Origin: a virus
Direction: 5' to 3' (one strand)
Length of the DNA stretch: 64,000 bases
Virus record (IMG/VR): IMGVR_UViG_3300032313_000500
Location: 32,001 to 96,000 of that record
Both the position numbers and the translations under genes were made by a program. Positions 63,367-64,000 of this stretch are shown here, piece after piece; within the stretch, counting starts at the first letter, position 1; each line of letters begins with the position of its first letter. Under the pieces are notes generated by a model. The model did no database searches. It was not told where the DNA came from and saw nothing but the letters and a program-made list of their open reading frames with translations.

Positions 63367-63951
63367 TTACTGGTAGATGAAGTCCACTGTTTCTCTCAGC
63401 AGTCTCACCCCAGCGTGCCAGTCCGGGGCTGTGTTGATGTCTCGCTTCACCACAGCGTCTCTAAACAGGTAGTGACCCTGAGCAACAGGAACCTCAAACC
63501 AGTCTCCCTGCCAAATACCAACATGGTGAATGAGTTCTCCCACGGGTACGCACAGCCCGTGTCCAAAGACAATGCCCTTGTCAGGTCTGTCAAACTGTCC
63601 TGCCGTGAGGTCTATGAACCATTCGTTCGTTTCCACGACAACGTGACCGTTCCATTTGTTCGGAACTTCCGTCACCGAGAGAGCCCCGACTGACCAACCA
63701 GTTGGTCCTTCGCCGTTCAGCATCTCCTTGTACGACTGTTCGTCCAGTCCAATGGCGTCCACCTGCGTCACCCACGACTCAATGCCGACTTGTTTGAGAT
63801 ATTCCCAACCAAACCGTGAGCCAGCGACACAAGCCCCAGCGTTAGTAAGCCTCGGGGCTGCGCCCCTGAGCCACACGGAACTGAGTGTTTCCACCATTAG
63901 GCGTTCCTCAACCCGAGTTCGGGTCTGTGGTTTGCGCTTACGCTTCGTCAT
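63367..63951 (-). CDS. Hypothetical protein with possible Cys-His-Asp (transglutaminase/papain-like) triad
   Basis: GACVAGSR...WNGHVVVE...WFIDLTAGQF. Confidence 0.55.
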   Translation of the reverse strand: MTKRKRKPQTRTRVEERLMVETLSSVWLRGAAPRLTNAGACVAGSRFGWEYLKQVGIESWVTQVDAIGLDEQSYKEMLNGEGPTGWSVGALSVTEVPNKWNGHVVVETNEWFIDLTAGQFDRPDKGIVFGHGLCVPVGELIHHVGIWQGDWFEVPVAQGHYLFRDAVVKRDINTAPDWHAGVRLLRETVDFIYQ

Positions 63952-64000
63952 CTGCCGTCTCTACTTCCTGCCTGTCCTCTCGCAGTATGTATCCAGCGAG

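Noticed and set aside
1-64000. Alternative genetic code (stop-codon reassignment)
   Set aside because: Standard-code ORFs are long, tightly packed and coupled; neither tRNA is a suppressor.

Overview
This window looks like part of a large HK97-fold tailed phage genome with an actinobacterial host; the evidence is a WhiB gene, an Rpf-like lysozyme, SOS-box-like repeats and many leaderless sigma-A-type promoters. Family names were recognised from remembered motifs, not database searches. Layout: (1) 1-27 kb, + strand head module. A 5'-truncated giant ORF carries the motif that usually follows HK97 prohead proteases. It is followed by about 17 kb of unusually large, probably capsid-internal proteins, then the major capsid protein (23257-24615) and small head-associated genes. 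(2) 27-34 kb: class II RNR, two rare-codon tRNAs (Ile-UAU, Arg-UCU), a histone-like protein, a HicA-like gene, a LexA DNA-binding-domain-only protein, an SGNH hydrolase and a phosphoesterase. (3) 34.1-34.6 kb: intergenic region with paired DnaA boxes and four tandem SOS-box-like repeats, followed by a 3206-aa multi-enzyme protein. (4) 45-52 kb: primase-helicase, WhiB, SSB, Rpf, DUF932. (5) 52.6-64 kb: a minus-strand array of small early genes driven by 19 copies of one promoter, with interspersed DnaA boxes and one parS-like site. Main candidate novel system: five giant proteins have enzyme domains (HExxH zincins, ADP-ribosyltransferase folds, HipA/PI3K-like kinase, zeta-like kinase) delimited by a recurring G-[FLM]-[AS]-S-[SRKT] peptide (22 canonical copies). 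Four of the five also carry a shared FD..A.DGD.DG..Q.GT tag placed just after Lys-type maturation sites. This suggests a tagged, proteolytically unpacked effector polyprotein cargo system. The function is inferred, not shown.
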